This document shows, piece after piece, positions 37,521 through 52,156 of a DNA stretch of 64,000 nt. Positions within the stretch are counted from its first letter, which is position 1. Each line of letters starts with the position of its first letter. The position numbers and the translations under genes are program-made. This DNA comes from Eledone cirrhosa (lineage: Eukaryota): NCBI GenBank assembly GCA_964016885.1, contig OZ024741.1, positions 57,722,001 to 57,786,000 of the forward strand, read 5' to 3'. Under the pieces are notes generated by a model, which saw only the letters and a list, made by a program, of their open reading frames with translations, was not told the DNA's origin and made no database searches.

Positions 37521-39014
37521 CTTTCCCAGCACCCACCTCACATCCACTCTCACACCATCACACATGCACTACCACTTCACCAACCCACCCACTCATACAT
37601 ATTCATAGGCACTCTAACACACATAAATACTGAAAAACACATGCACACACACCAACACAACTAATTAATTATTTAGACCAACACAAATATAGATACACTA
37701 ATTTTACTAGTGCTACTAATTAACTAATTAATTATACTATCACACACCACTCTCACCCCAACACACCAACACCAGCACCCACCAACACACCCACCCACAT
37801 GTACATATACACAAACATGACCATAGACAAATTTACATAAATGTTCCTAATGCTACTAATTAACTAACTGATCATATTAACACGATAAACTACACTACAC
37901 GGTAAACTTAAATATTAACACTATACTCCTACTATCAATACACATACTCACACATTACCACCATCAGCACAAATAAGCACAACAGCTGGTCCTCAGTGAC
38001 CTGTAACTCTATCATAGCTCCTCATTCTGCATCACCACACCTTCATCCCATACCTCATCCATTCTTAGTCACCACACGCAGCCACCCTACCCACCCCTCC
38101 TCTGGCCACTTCCTGAAATAGCTTTGACTGCAACACATCGTTATTTCTTACGGACGCCATGCTTTGCAGCAAAGAGTTACAGCCCTTTATGATCTGAGTT
38201 CAAATCCCGCCGAGGTTAACTTTGCCTTTCATCCTTACGGGGTCGATAAAATAAAGTACCAGTAATGTATTGAGTAATTGCTGGCCTTGTGCCAAAAAGT
38301 AGAAACAATTATTTCTTGCATGCTTCATACAAAAAACATACAAGAATTGCCACTGTCCATATTCATTAAACCATGACACTTCTGCTTTGTGGAGCAAAAG
38401 GATTACCAAATTTGGTTCCTAATCATGTGATGATCCTCAGTTTACCAAATTATACTTTAAACAGATGCCAATTTGAGCTGCCTTTCTGCATAAAACTGAA
38501 AGAACCATGAGATTTTCGATTTTTTGTGCAAAATTACCACAAAATTTGATGCCTAATCATATGATCTTCCTCAACCTGTACTTCAAACATATAGCATAAA
38601 TTGAAAGAATTTCTCAAAATCAGTTAGGCGTGAGTCACTAGTTGGCATAGCCACATATCTCTCTATCTCTCTTAACTTTCGAAAATCATGAAACCTGCGA
38701 AACTGGTCAAGTTATAAATTATTGTAAATAAACCTTAAAGATTCCAGTTGCATTTTCAACTTCTTTTTCCTATATATATATATCATCATCATTTAACATC
38801 CAATTTCCACGCTAGCATGGGTAGGACTGATATATATATCATTATTATCATAATCATCATGTTTAACGTCTATCCTCCACGCTAGCATGGGTTAGATGGG
38901 TTTGTCCCATTTAGAGGCAAGTTGGGTCGGCTGACCGTATCTCACTCTTATAGGACTGTTTCTGGCTGGTTTTCTATGGCTGGATGCCCTTCCTAACGCC
39001 AACCACATTTACAG

Positions 39015-39076
<62 letters not shown>

Positions 39077-39439
39077 CTTTAAGTGTTTGTTTGCTTTTTC
39101 TTGTGAATGTGGGATTCTATATATTTTTGTGCTTATACATGTAGAAATTATAGTAATATAATAATTATTTCTACTTTTTAGCGCAAGGCCAGCAATTACC
39201 CAATGCATTACTGGTGCTTTATTTTATTGACCCGTAAGTTAACCTCAGCAGGATTTGAACTCAGAATGTAAAGGACCGTAACATTACTGTAATATAATAA
39301 TGAAAATGTTTGTGTACAGTGCTCAGGTGCACTACAACTCATCAATTATGTGTTAAATATTAATTGTATACATAAATTAATTGTATTGGTTTGTGTTTGT
39401 ATGTATGCTAGTTTGTGCTAGTTTGTGTTTGTATGTATG

Positions 39440-41613
39440 CAACGTCCAAACTGGCTTGAGTTCTATGACTCTGGAGATGTCAACACTGTACTCCAGAACA
39501 TCCTGAGCTCAATATGGACAGCATGTGCAGCATCGGTGCCACGTAAGCGGAAAAAAAATCCCAAAAGTGCAATTTGGGAGACTGCAGCAGTTCGTCTTGC
39601 CAGAAAAGAACGTTGCAATGGTGAACGTGTGTACAAACTGCACAAATCAGACATAAATAGGAAGAGGCGAAATAAATCGTCCAACAGGTGACAAAAAATT
39701 CAGTGCTTCAATTTGAGCAGCGCATAGCAACCAGCCCTGACAGTAAGGTGTTCTGGAAGTATGTTCACTCAAAGCAGAGGCCTCACTCTCCAGTTGGTCC
39801 TCTTCAAAATCCCCACACAAGCCAGGTTACTGACGACCCCAAGGAATGCGCAGAGCTCATTGCTGAATGCAATGCAGGCATTTTCACTATTGAAGACCAG
39901 AATGTACCATCTCCACCACCTATGACACCGGACTCTATTACAACCATGGAATTTACACCTGCAATGCTGCGACATCACCTAAAAAATAAATGCAACCATG
40001 CCTCTCCTGGTCTTGATGGTGTTACGTACCTGCTTCTTAAATGTGATGGGTACTTCCTTCTGCACCAGCTATCACGCTTCTTCCAATTCTGTCTGAACAA
40101 CGGGGCTACTCCAGAACAGTGGAAAACTGTCAGTGTAATTCCTCTGTTCAAAAAGGGTGACCGCACATCACCTGTGAACTATCGTCCAGTCAGTCTTACT
40201 AGTTGCATTGCCAAATTGATGGAATCCTGTGTCAGAGAAACACTTTGGAACTTCTGGAACTCTCACAGTCTTATCCGGCCCTCGCAATTTGGATTTATCC
40301 CCAACTGCTGTGATCAACTTATTGAGTTTCTTGAAGACATCACCCGGATCACTGATGGTGGCTCATGGGTGGATGTTGTTTACCTTGACTTTGCGAAAGC
40401 TTTCAATTCTGTGCCACACAAAAGGCTTATGGCAAAACTCTCTGCAATGGGTGTGAAGGATGATCTTTTTAACTGGTTGAAGTCCTTCATTCTTAGTCGA
40501 AGAGAGGTAGTCACGATTCTAGGACCGCATTCCTCACCATATGAGATGTCATCTGGTGTACCACAGGAATCTGTTCTTGGCCCCCTTTTGTTTGTGGCAT
40601 ATATTAATGACATAGATGCCAACTTAAAGAATGCCACAGTACTAAAGTATGCAGATGATATCAAGCTCTACCTTGAGATAAAAAGGACAGATCCTGAACA
40701 CTATAGATCTTGCTTGCAGTCTGACCTGGACACAATGCAACAATGGATCTCAGACTGGCAACTCAAGCTAGCTGTGAACAAGTGCACCACCATGCATTTT
40801 GAGAGTAAAAACCCAGCGTCCACATACCCCCTCCACAGCACTAATATCAAGAAGTCTTCTTGTGAACGTGACCTGGGTATTACGGTCAGCAGCGATTTGC
40901 GTTGGACGAAGCGCGTCTCTAAAATTGTCAAGAGGGCTGAGGGTGTCTTAGCATGACTCAGCAAGACCTTTGTCAGCCGCTCTCCAGCTATCTATTTAAG
41001 GCTGTACATGGCTATGGTGCGGCCACACTTAAAATTTGCATCACCAGTCTGGAACTCCTATCTTGCTCAGAACATTGGCCGCCTGGAAACTGTTCAGAGA
41101 CGTGCAACCAAGCGCATACCCTCCATCAGACACCTACCATACTCTGAACGCCTTGCTTCCCTGGGCATGGATACATTGAAGCTCCGACTCCTGGCAACTG
41201 ACTTGGTAAACACCCACAAAATTGTTAACCATCTTGCTAACAACAACCCTGAGTACCTTTTTGATTTTCATGTGTCTAACACACGTGGACATGCCCACAA
41301 AGTCAGAAAACAGCATAGTTCCCATGACTTTCGGAAAGATTTTTTCACGCTCAGAGTTGCTGAAGCATGGAACAAACTACCTGCATCAGTTGTTAGCTGT
41401 CGAGACACTGCATCCTTTAAAACCTCCATGCTTCCCGAGATTCGCCAACACTACACCTAATGTTCCCCCTTCATACACATACACACATGTATATCATGAC
41501 TCATACACTGTTCACTTCCCTGACATTTGTATATTATTCTATGTACTATACATGCACCTTTGATGAGTTGTAGTGCACCTGAGCACTTTACACAATAATT
41601 TCATTATTATTAT
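39440..41613 (+). mobile_element. 5'-truncated CR1-clade LINE with a near-intact RT
   Basis: ORF 39688-40956: YRPVSLTS, YLDFAKAF, GVPQESVLGPLLF, YADD. One in-frame TGA, then RPHL..VQRRATK..TRGH to 41460. (ATT)n tail. Confidence 0.93.
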
Positions 41614-41879
41614 ATGTAGGTTGTTGTGTGTGTGTTTGTATGTAAGTTGGTATTTCTTCTTGTATGTATGTTGGTGTGTGTGTTTGTATATATAGGTGGG
41701 TGTGTGAGTATGTTAATATATTTGTTGGTGTGTGTATAAGTTGTGTGAATGTAGGTTAGTGATTGTGTGTATGTTTGATTGCAAGTTAGTGTGTGTGTGT
41801 GTGTGCATGCTTGTATGTAGGTTGATGTGCGAATGCAAATATTTGAATGTTGGCTGGCGTATGAATGAGTACATTTGTA

Positions 41880-42585
41880 TGGAGGGGTGTATATATTTAT
41901 ATGTAGATTGATCTATGTGTATGTTTGTATGTGTGTGTGTATGTAGGTTGGTGTGTGTGTATATTTTTATTTGTATCAGTGTAGTTGCATGTGTTTATTT
42001 TTGTATGTGGGTGTAGGTTTGTATGTATGTATGTATGTATGTATGTATGTATGTATGTATGTATGTATGTATACATGCATGCACATATGTATGCATGTAT
42101 GTATGTGTGTATGTATGTATGCATGCATGCATGCATGTATGTATGTATGTATGTATGCATGCATGCATGCATGTATGTATGTATGTATGTATGTATGTAT
42201 GTATGTATGTATGTATGTATGTATGCATGCATGTATGTATGCATGCATGTATGTTTGCATGTATGTATGTCTGTATGCATGGATGTATGTATGTATGTAT
42301 GTATGTTTGCATGTATGTATGTCTGTATGCATGCATGTATGTTTGCATGTATGTATGTCTGTATGTTTGCATGAATGTATGTATGTATGTATGTATGTAT
42401 GTATGTATGTATGTATGTATGTGTGTATGTTTGTATGTTTGCACATATGTATGTATCTATGTATGTATGTTGATGTGTGAACGTTATGTTTATTTATGCC
42501 AGTGTAGTTGCATGCATGTGTGTGTGTACGTATGTTTATTTGTGATAGTGTGGTTGTATGTATGTATGTGTGTATGTGTATTTTG
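41880..42585. repeat. (TATG)n/(CATG)n tetranucleotide array
   Basis: Visible directly; it explains the MYVC/HTYI ORFs. Confidence 0.95.
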
Positions 42586-43234
42586 ATTAGGCGGTCCAGT
42601 TATCAGTAGAACTCCAGAACAATAAAAGGACAATTACAATATTTAACTGTTTATTCATTTGAAAAATAGAATTTATTGTTCTGATTAAAGAGACAGTCGT
42701 AATTGGAGTAAAAACATCCCAAATATAATTTCCTTGGTGTTTGGTTTCCAGAAATATCAAAATAATGTGTTTAGAATAGATAATTGTAACAATTATTAAA
42801 GGTCATGTATGAATGTGATTGTGGTGAGAGTTGTGTATTTTATTATGTTGTGCACGTATTTGCTGGACTTGATGTCTATTTACATAGGTTCACTTAAAGG
42901 ATTTGTCCTGTTGGTTGTACATATATTATGATGTTATACACGTACGTATAGAAACAGAGTATGTGTGTGTGTGGGGAGGGTATGGGTGGAGCGGCGGTTG
43001 ATTCTGAAAAATCAATACAATAGAAGATCTATAAATGATAGTGAATCATAAAATATCTATGAGTGCAGAAGGTCTATGAATACAGGTTTTAGATCTTTGC
43101 TATTTATTATTGTTGTTTCTTTTTCGTCATTTCTTTTATTTTATTGTTATAAATAAATTTAAGAATGAGTTTTTAAAATTGTATATCTGTAAATGTATGT
43201 ATGTACATATATATGTATGTACATATATATGTAT

Positions 43235-44308
43235 GTTCTAACATAGACACAAGACTCTCTCATTGGAATTTACACAACATCAACTAGGTAGATTATGTAT
43301 GCATGCATGTGTAGATATGGATGTTATTGTATGTGTGCATGTGTATGTTTTGAGTTGTATGTGTGCATGTGTATATGCTTTGTATCTGTACATGTGTATA
43401 TGCAGTTATTAGATGCAACATTTTTGGAATGTTTTACATATTTTTACTGTTCCATTAATGGATTGTACTTGTAATTTCCTAACTAGTTGTATTCTTTCTG
43501 TTCCTGTGAAGCCCAGCTTCTCAAGATTTGTATTGAGGCAGTTACTAACATACCCCAGTGCCCCAATAATCACAGGCATAAATCTGAAGGTGTAATCAGG
43601 GTGGAGTATCTGCAGATTTTTCATCAGTTCTGCATAAATATTCTCCTTTTCGCTGATCTTTGATATTATATTGGCATCTGCTGGGCAGCTAATTTCCACT
43701 ACTGTGCATGCTTTCTTCTCCCTGTCCCATATCATAATATCTGGTCTGTTATGCCTGCATTATATTGGGGTTTTTACTGAAACATTCCACCAGTACTCTT
43801 TCATATTATGTACATGTCTTCCACATTGTTGTAGCTTTTAATGTGTTTATTATCAGGGCTATCTTTTTTACGAACTGCATTGTACAGTGTTTTGGCCACT
43901 TCATCATGCCTCATAGGTAGATAGTACCGCGATGACATCTTTGGACAGCTGCTGATGACATGGGTGATATCCTCGATGTTAGTTCTGCAGAGTCTGCACT
44001 TGTTATCACATCTAGGTGTTTTGCCTGCATCTCTATCTCTTTTGTGAATCAGGTATTTCGTGTTAATCTCCTGTTCTTGGATTGCTTACGTTTCAAGTAA
44101 AGGCGGTCTATGTCACTGTTGATGTGGAAGTTTCCGGAGTTGTTTAGTATTTTTCGAGTTCCAACATCAACTGTTCCAACAGCAACAATCGAGTATTCCA
44201 AACGTTGGTGTTAGGACAGGCATAGCAAACACATTGTGAGTCACTGTTTTGTTTTGCGTAGAGAGTTCGGATGATCAAATCTTTCTTAATCGGATGTAGT
44301 ATTCCCTG
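43235..44308 (-). mobile_element. Second R4/Dong-type copy, internally deleted
   Basis: Homologous to 12420-13830. ORF 43409-43735 carries the restriction-like endonuclease. A deletion at ~44086 joins through tgc microhomology. Flanked by (TATG)n. Confidence 0.88.
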
Positions 44309-44348
44309 TATGTATGTATGTATGTATGTATGTATGTATGTATGTATG

Positions 44349-44379
<31 letters not shown>

Positions 44380-44440
44380 TTGTGTGTGTATGTATGTATG
44401 TGTGTATATATGCATGTATGTATGTGTGTATGTATGTATG

Positions 44441-44470
<30 letters not shown>

Positions 44471-44472
<2 letters not shown>

Positions 44473-44735
44473 GTGTGTGGAACAAAGAGTAGATCTGTTC
44501 CAAGTGTTCATTGACCTAACAAAAGGCATTAGACACAGTTAAAGAAGCTCTTTGGAAAATACTTGGGAATATTGGCTGACAAGACAAATTCTTGGCAATC
44601 CTACATCAATTTCATGATGATATGAAAGCCTGAGTGAATATTGGTGGAAGTGTATCAGAATCTATTGCTGTAAGGAATGGCGTCAAACAGGGCGTTATAA
44701 CAGACCAATACTGTTTTCACTGTTCTTTACTGTGG
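44471..44735 (+). mobile_element. Degenerate RTE RT fragment
   Basis: KCVEQRVDLFQVFIDLTK..ALWKIL..FHDDMKA..VRNGVKQG. Confidence 0.8.
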
Positions 44736-44739
44736 TAGT

Positions 44740-45040
44740 TTGGTTCTGACAATGAGTATTCCTGTTGATACGATCAACAGAACAGCCTGCTCATGAAATT
44801 AATGTGTAAGTGGCTGAGTATTCCACAAACACACGTACCTTTAACGTAGTTCTCAGGGAGATTCAGCATGACACAGAATGTGACAAGGCTGGCCCTTTGA
44901 ATTACAAGTACAACTCACTTTTGCCAGCTGTGTGGACCAAAATAAAGTGTCTTGCTCAAGGACACAGCGTGCCGCAGGCAATAAAACTCTTGACCTTATG
45001 ATCATCAGCCGAATACTCTAACCACAAAGCCACGTGCTTT
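44740..45040 (-). mobile_element. tRNA-derived SINE family C
   Basis: Minus-strand head gtggctttgtggttagagtattcggc; CORE-like ccttgagcaagacacttta; body shared with fragments at 4.9-5.1 kb and 16-17 kb. Confidence 0.8.
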
Positions 45041-45197
45041 CATGTGTGTTGTAAGACCCTTTGAAATACCCAGTAACTCTAAGATACAACAATGATGATG
45101 TGCCTAAGGCTTTCAAACTATAGATATGTGAAGGATTATAACTCTTCACAGTCCTTAGTTGCCATGTTGTGGACATAGTCAAATTTGTATCACTGGA

Positions 45198-48102
45198 GTT
45201 AGATCTCTGATTACCCCAACCATCAAGTTAAGGTCTCTCAACACTCTAACCATTAAGTTAAGATCTCCCAACATCATAGCCATTAAGTTAAGATCTCCCT
45301 ACACTATAACCATTAAGTTAAGATTTCCTAACATCATAACCATTAAGTTAAGATCTCCCAACATCATAACTATTAAGTTAAGATCTCCCCACACTATAAC
45401 CATTAAGTTAAGATATCCCCATGCTATAAACATTAAAATCTCCTCACACTATAACCATTAAGTTAGGACCTCCCAACATCATAACCATTAAGTTAAGATC
45501 TCCCAACATCATAACCATTAAGTTAAGATCTCCCAACATCATAACCATTAAGTTAAGATCTCCCAACATCATAACCATTAAATTAAGATCTCCCAACATC
45601 ATAACCATTAAATTAAGATCTCCCAACATCATAACCATTAAGTTAAGATCTCCCAACATCATAACCATTAAGTTAAGATCTCCCAACATCATAACCATTA
45701 AATTAAGATCTCCCAACATCATAACCATTAAGTTAAGATCTCCCAACATCATAACAATTAAGTTAAGATCTCCCAACATCATAACCATTAAATTAAGATC
45801 TCCCAACATCATAACCATTAAATTAAGATCTCCCAACATCATAACCATTAAGTTAAGATCTCCCAACATCATAACCATTAATTTAAGATCTCCCAACATC
45901 ATAACCATTAAGTTAAGATCTCCCAACATCATAACAATTAAGTTAAGATCTCCCAACATCATAACTATTAAGTTAAGATCTCCCCACTCTATAACTATTA
46001 AGTTAAGATCTCTCCACACTATAACCATTAAGTTAAGATCTCTCAACATCATAACCATTAAGTTAAGATATCCCCACACTATAACCATCAAGTTAAGATA
46101 TCCTCACACTATAACCATTAAGTTAAGATATCCCCACACTATAACCATTAAATTAAGATATCCTCACACTATAACCATTAAGTTAAGATATCCTCACACT
46201 ATAACCATTAAGTTAAGATATCCCAACACTATAACCATCAAGTTAAGATATCCTCACACTATAACCATTAAGTTAAGATATCCTCACACTATAACCATTA
46301 AGTTAAGATCTCCCCACACTATAACCATTAAGTTAAGATATCCTCACACTATAACTATTAAGTTAAGATATCCTCACACTATAACCATTAAGTTAAGATA
46401 TCTCCACACTATAACCATTAAGTTAAGATATCCTCACACTATAACCATTAAGTTAAGATATCCTCACACTATAACCATTAAGTTAAGATCTCTCAACATC
46501 ATAACCATTAAGTTAAGATATCCTCACACTATAACCATTGAGTTAAGATATCTCCACACTATAACCATTAAGTTAAGATATCCTCACACTATAACCATTA
46601 AGTTAAGATATCCTCACACTATAACCATTAAGTTAAGATCTCTCAACATCATAACCATTAAGTTAAGATATCCTCACACTATAACCATCAAGTTAAGATA
46701 TCTCCACACTATAACCATCAAATTAAGATATCCTCACACTATAACCATTAAGTTAAGATATCCTCACACTATAACCATCAAGTTAAGATATCCCCACACT
46801 ATAACCATTAAGTTAAGATATCCTCACACTATAACCATTAAGTTAAGATATCCTCACACTATAACCATCAAGTTAAGATATCCCCACACTATAACCATTA
46901 AGTTAAGATATCCTCACACTATAACCATTAAGTTAAGATATCCTCACACTATAACCATTAAGTTAAGATCTCCCCACACTATAACCATTAAGTTAAGATA
47001 TCCTCACACTATAACCATTAAGTTAAGATATCCTCACACTATAACCATTAAGTTAAGATATCCCCACACTATAACCATTAAGTTAAGATATCCTCACACT
47101 ATAACCATCAAGTTAAGATATCCTCACACTATAACCATTAAGTTAAGATATCCCCACACTATAACCATTAAATTAAGATATCCTCACACTATAACCATTA
47201 AGTTAAGATATCTCCACACTATAACCATCAAATTAAGATCTCCTCACACTATAACCATTAAGTTAAGATATCCTCACACTATAACCATCAAGTTAAGATA
47301 TCCCCACACTATAACCATTAAGTTAAGATATCCTCACACTATAACCATTAAGTTAAGATATCCTCACACTATAACCATCAAGTTAAGATATCCCCACACT
47401 ATAACCATTAAGTTAAGATATCCTCACACTATAACCATTAAGTTAAGATATCCTCACACTATAACCATTAAGTTAAGATATCCTCACACTATAACCATTA
47501 AGTTAAGATATCCCCACACTATAACTATTAAGTTAAGATATCCCCACACTATAACCATTAAGTTAAGATATCCTCACACTATAACCATTAAGTTAAGATA
47601 TCCTCACACTATAACCATCAAGTTAAGATATCCTCACACTATAACCATTAAGTTAAGATATCCTCACACTATAACCATTAAGTTAAGATATCCTCACACT
47701 ATAACCATTAAGTTAAGATCTCCCCACACTATAACCATTAAGTTAAGATATCCTCACACTATAACCATTAAGTTAAGATATCCTCACACTATAACCATTA
47801 AGTTAAGATATCCCCACACTATAACCATTAAGTTAAGATATCCTCACACTATAACCATCAAGTTAAGATATCCTCACACTATAACCATTAAGTTAAGATA
47901 TCCCCACACTATAACCATTAAATTAAGATATCCTCACACTATAACCATTAAGTTAAGATATCCCCACACTATAACCATTAAATTAAGATATCCTCACACT
48001 ATAACCATTAAGTTAAGATATCCCCACACTATAACCATTAAATTAAGATATCCCCACACTATAACCATTAAATTAAGATATCCTCACACTATAACCATTA
48101 AG
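45198..48102. repeat. 30-bp minisatellite, roughly 96 units
   Basis: Unit ataaccattaagttaagat(a/c)tcc(c/t)(aacatc/cacact); exact 30-nt phase from 45451 to 48100. Confidence 0.98.
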
Positions 48103-50060
48103 CCATGATCAGTGAACAGTCTAACCATTAAACTATGTGGCTTTATGCCTGCAATTATTATATAATGAAATATATGATGCAATATCGACATTCCAGCAGA
48201 ATTATTTAAGAAAGATGATGGAACGTTTTATAGATGACTTCAACCAAGGATGTTAAGTGTTATTTAAAAAAACATCTGCAGATATCAAGACACTCACACA
48301 CATAAACACATATCAAGTCACACAGACACACACACATGTACATACAATCATAAATACATATCAAGATACACACACATACACACATACACACAGACACACA
48401 TGTAAATACTCACACACATAAACACATATCAAGACACACACATACACACACACATAAACACATATTATGACAGACACATACATGTACATACACACACACA
48501 CAAATGTACATATTCACATACATAATTACACATTAAGACATATACATACACAAACATAAACATATATTATGACACACACATTCACATACTCACACACATT
48601 AAGACATACACACTGCTACCATTATTATTATTATTATTATTATTATTTTTTTATTATTATTACCATCATCATCATTGATTATTATTAGTTTTAATGTCAA
48701 CAAACAGAAGTTATTTTTCGCGTGATTCAAATATTATTGAAACAACTTTGCCAACAAGAAATCATTGGAGATTAAGAAAGTATTTGTGGATTATGGAAAC
48801 ATTATGAGCACATAGAATTAGAATCAATATGGAGAAAATAATTAAAGATTTGGTACTGTTCTTTGTTTGTTTTCTAACTGTTGTAGTTGCCTTGTTTTTT
48901 TTCCCACAACAGACAATAATGATAATGATTTGCCTGAAGAGATAAACCTTTTTAAAAAATTTAAAAGTTTAATATTTATGAGTTTTATGATTTTTTCCCC
49001 ATACACCATATCTGTTTGTGTATAATATGACTTGAATATAATATGACCTCTGTTTCTGGAACTAAAAGAAAAATGAATAAATTACATCCACAATACAGCA
49101 ATTATCATCTTTTAACATCCATTTCCCCTGCTAGCAAGAGTTGGACAGGTCATCATAGACCTTGTCAGTACTTAATTGGGGCTACTGACCTCTCAGAGGA
49201 GCAGGGAGAGGGAGGGGGGGTCACATCTTGCTTCTCAATGTAAATTTTTTTGTAAAACTTGTATCATGTTATCCAATAAAAATCTCATACATTTTTTTCA
49301 CTACAATATTCTGTTTCTCATGACATTAAAGGATGTAAAACAACTGGATGTTTAATATTTTTTAATATTTTGTGTAAAATACTGCTGATATATCAAATAC
49401 CATTTGTAAGCAATTGTTATCAACATATATCTGCAATCTTGCCATTTGCAATTAATATTTTCAAGCTCAGTAAAAAATTTCTGAAAATGTGTACTGAAAA
49501 TATCTTTGATATAAACCTTCTTTCTTTGCCCTTCATTTTATTTTAAAATTTCTTGTTTATTTATGAGAAATACGGTATACATATTGTTATATTTGTGGAG
49601 GGTAATGTTGTCCTAGTATTGCCAGAGAAAATAGTAAAACACATTCACTATTTGGTTTGGTTTATATACTATTTTTTTCTAGCAATATTAGGACAACATG
49701 ACCCTCCCCAAATAAAACAATATCTGTTTCAACATATTAAAAACCTTGCAAAACAAATACATCGCTGCTATGGTTTTACATAGTTTTATGCTTTTAGTTT
49801 TTTTCTGATTTCAGTCACTAGCTTTTGGCCATCCTGGGCACTATCTTCATGATTGTTTTTGTTTAGTTTAGTTTAAGTTTTTATTTATTTTCCCATCTTG
49901 CTTTAGTTGTTGAAATCAACCTTAGTACTTAATTCAACATCATTAATAACACCATCATCATTTAACCCCCATTCTCCCTGCTAGGTAGGGTTTGACAGGT
50001 TCTCAAAGATCAAGTAAGTACTTACTTCAGTCTGATATTTATTTTATGATATCTATATAT

Positions 50061-51050
50061 CTCAGACTCAGAAGCTCCCGCGTCTTGCGACGCATGAGGC
50101 AATCATAGTGTTCCATCGCGTTTGGTCAGCAGCCAGGTGCACAGCGTCCTGCCATTGTCTGTTTGTCATTTGCAGGTCCCTCTCAACTGTCTGGCACCAG
50201 TTCATTTTGGGTCGCCCTCTCCGTCTGCTTTCCTGCAGGCTCCATTTAAGTACTTGGTTCGCCAGTCTCTCTGGGGGAAGTCTCAAAGCGTGTCCAAACT
50301 GAACCAGGCGTCGCTTGCAGATGGTAGAAGAGACTAGCTGCTGGTCGGTGCGGTTCCTGACTTCCTGGTTTGTTACATGGTCACTCCATTTAATCCCCAG
50401 GATCTTTCGCAGACATCTGGAATCGAATGCGTCCAACTTCTTCTCTTGGCTGGTCTTAAGGTGCCATGTTTCACTTCCGTACAAGAGTGTGGACAGCACG
50501 TTGCTGTTGTAGAATCTCATCTTTGTTTTGAGGGTGAACTTCTTGCTCTTCCAGATCTTGTCAAGCTGGTTAAATGCTGCTGAAGCCTTTCCCATTCTAC
50601 ATTGCAGTTCACTGTCCATGGTGCCCTCATTGTTAATGGAGCTTCCTAGGTAGGTGAAGTTGTCCACTATCTCTACCTCCCCCTGTTCAATGAAGACACT
50701 GGTTGGTGGTGAGTGTGTCCCAGATAACATGCTTTTGGTCTTCTTGGCACTAATATTGAGACCTAAGCTTCCTGCTTCGACATTGATATTGTTCACAATG
50801 ATTTGCAGGTCAGCTGTGCTCTCTGCAAGTGCAGCAATATCGTCCGCAAAGTCCAGGTCAGACAACTTTTGCTCTCCCACCCAAGATATACCCTGGTCTT
50901 TAGATGCTCTTCTTAGTACCCAGTCAATGGCTATGGCAAAGAGAATTGGAGAGAGCAAGCAACCTTGACGCACACCAGTAACCACCTCAAACCAGTCACT
51001 GTAACCATCCTCTGTCCGTATGCAGCACTTGGAGTTTGCGTAAATCTGTT
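50061..51050 (-). mobile_element. Young 5'-truncated RTE LINE with an uninterrupted RT/C-terminal frame
   Basis: GVRQGCLLSP, DFADD, FTYLGS, LYGSETW and GRPK motifs with no stops. 14-bp TSD tgatatctatatat at 50047-50060 and 51051-51064. Confidence 0.95.
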
Positions 51051-51480
51051 TGATATCTATATATAGAATTGCTAAATTACATCTGGACATAATGAGGTAC
51101 AAAATGACACTGGTTTATACTTATCATACACACTGTATTTTCATCTGTACTTATCCCTGGTGTATTTTCCAGGTTTATGTATATTTGTCAGCCTCTGTCA
51201 GTGTCTATGTTTTAGATGACTAATGACTAATTATAGCTATGATTACTTTACCATACATACTTTTTTCCTATCTTTTGTTTTCTTTCATTATTTCTGATCA
51301 GTATCTCAAATATTATTTTTTATTTTACTGTAGTAGAGTTTTTGTACTATCGTTTCTAGTCTTACACTTGAAAAAAAATCAGCTTTTGTCCAGGAATGGT
51401 GGCTGATGTTTGGAATTGTCTATTATTATTATTAATGCTACACAATTCTGTTCAATCTAGATCCACAACTTATATATATT

Positions 51481-51544
<64 letters not shown>

Positions 51545-51604
51545 CATATATATGGAAAACGATAATAAAAAAGAAAGGGGGTTCGAAAAGTGCAGCTGGT
51601 ATAT

Positions 51605-52084
51605 ATGGTAAACTTTACTAATTCACAACTCATCTCCACTGGAACAAATATCTCCATTAAAAGTCTATCTCACTGAAACATGCACGCACACACATATGCA
51701 TGTGTATATGTGTGTGTGTAATTGTATATCATCATTTAGTATCTGTTTTCCCTGTTAGCAAAGGCTGGACATGTCATCACAGGCTGTTCAGTACTCAAGC
51801 AAAGTTATTGACCCCCCAGGTAGGCAGGGAGGGACCAAAACACGATTGCCCAAAGTTGTCAATAGCTTTGCTTGAGTACTGAACAGCCTGTGATGACATG
51901 TCCAGCTAACAGGGAAAACAGATACTAAATGATGATAATGAGGATATACAATTACACACACACACCCACATATATACACATATACACATGCATATGTGTG
52001 TGCATGCATGTTTCAGTGAGAGAGACTTTTAAAGGAGATATTTGCTCAGATGGAGATGAGTTGTGAATTAGTAAAGTTTACCAT
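51605..52084. repeat. Local inverted duplication (~210-bp arms, 45-bp spacer)
   Basis: 51605-51812 is the reverse complement of 51858-52084. Confidence 0.92.
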
Positions 52085-52156
52085 CCAGCAAGATAAACAG
52101 GTTGTACAGTAGCAATTTTACAAACAGATCAAATATGATAAAGAAAAAAAAACTAT

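Noticed and set aside
45198-48102. CRISPR-like array or the 215-aa MMLGDLNLMV ORF
   Set aside because: Units are contiguous with no unique spacers, there are no cas genes and the context is eukaryotic. The ORF is a by-product of a stop-free 30-nt unit.
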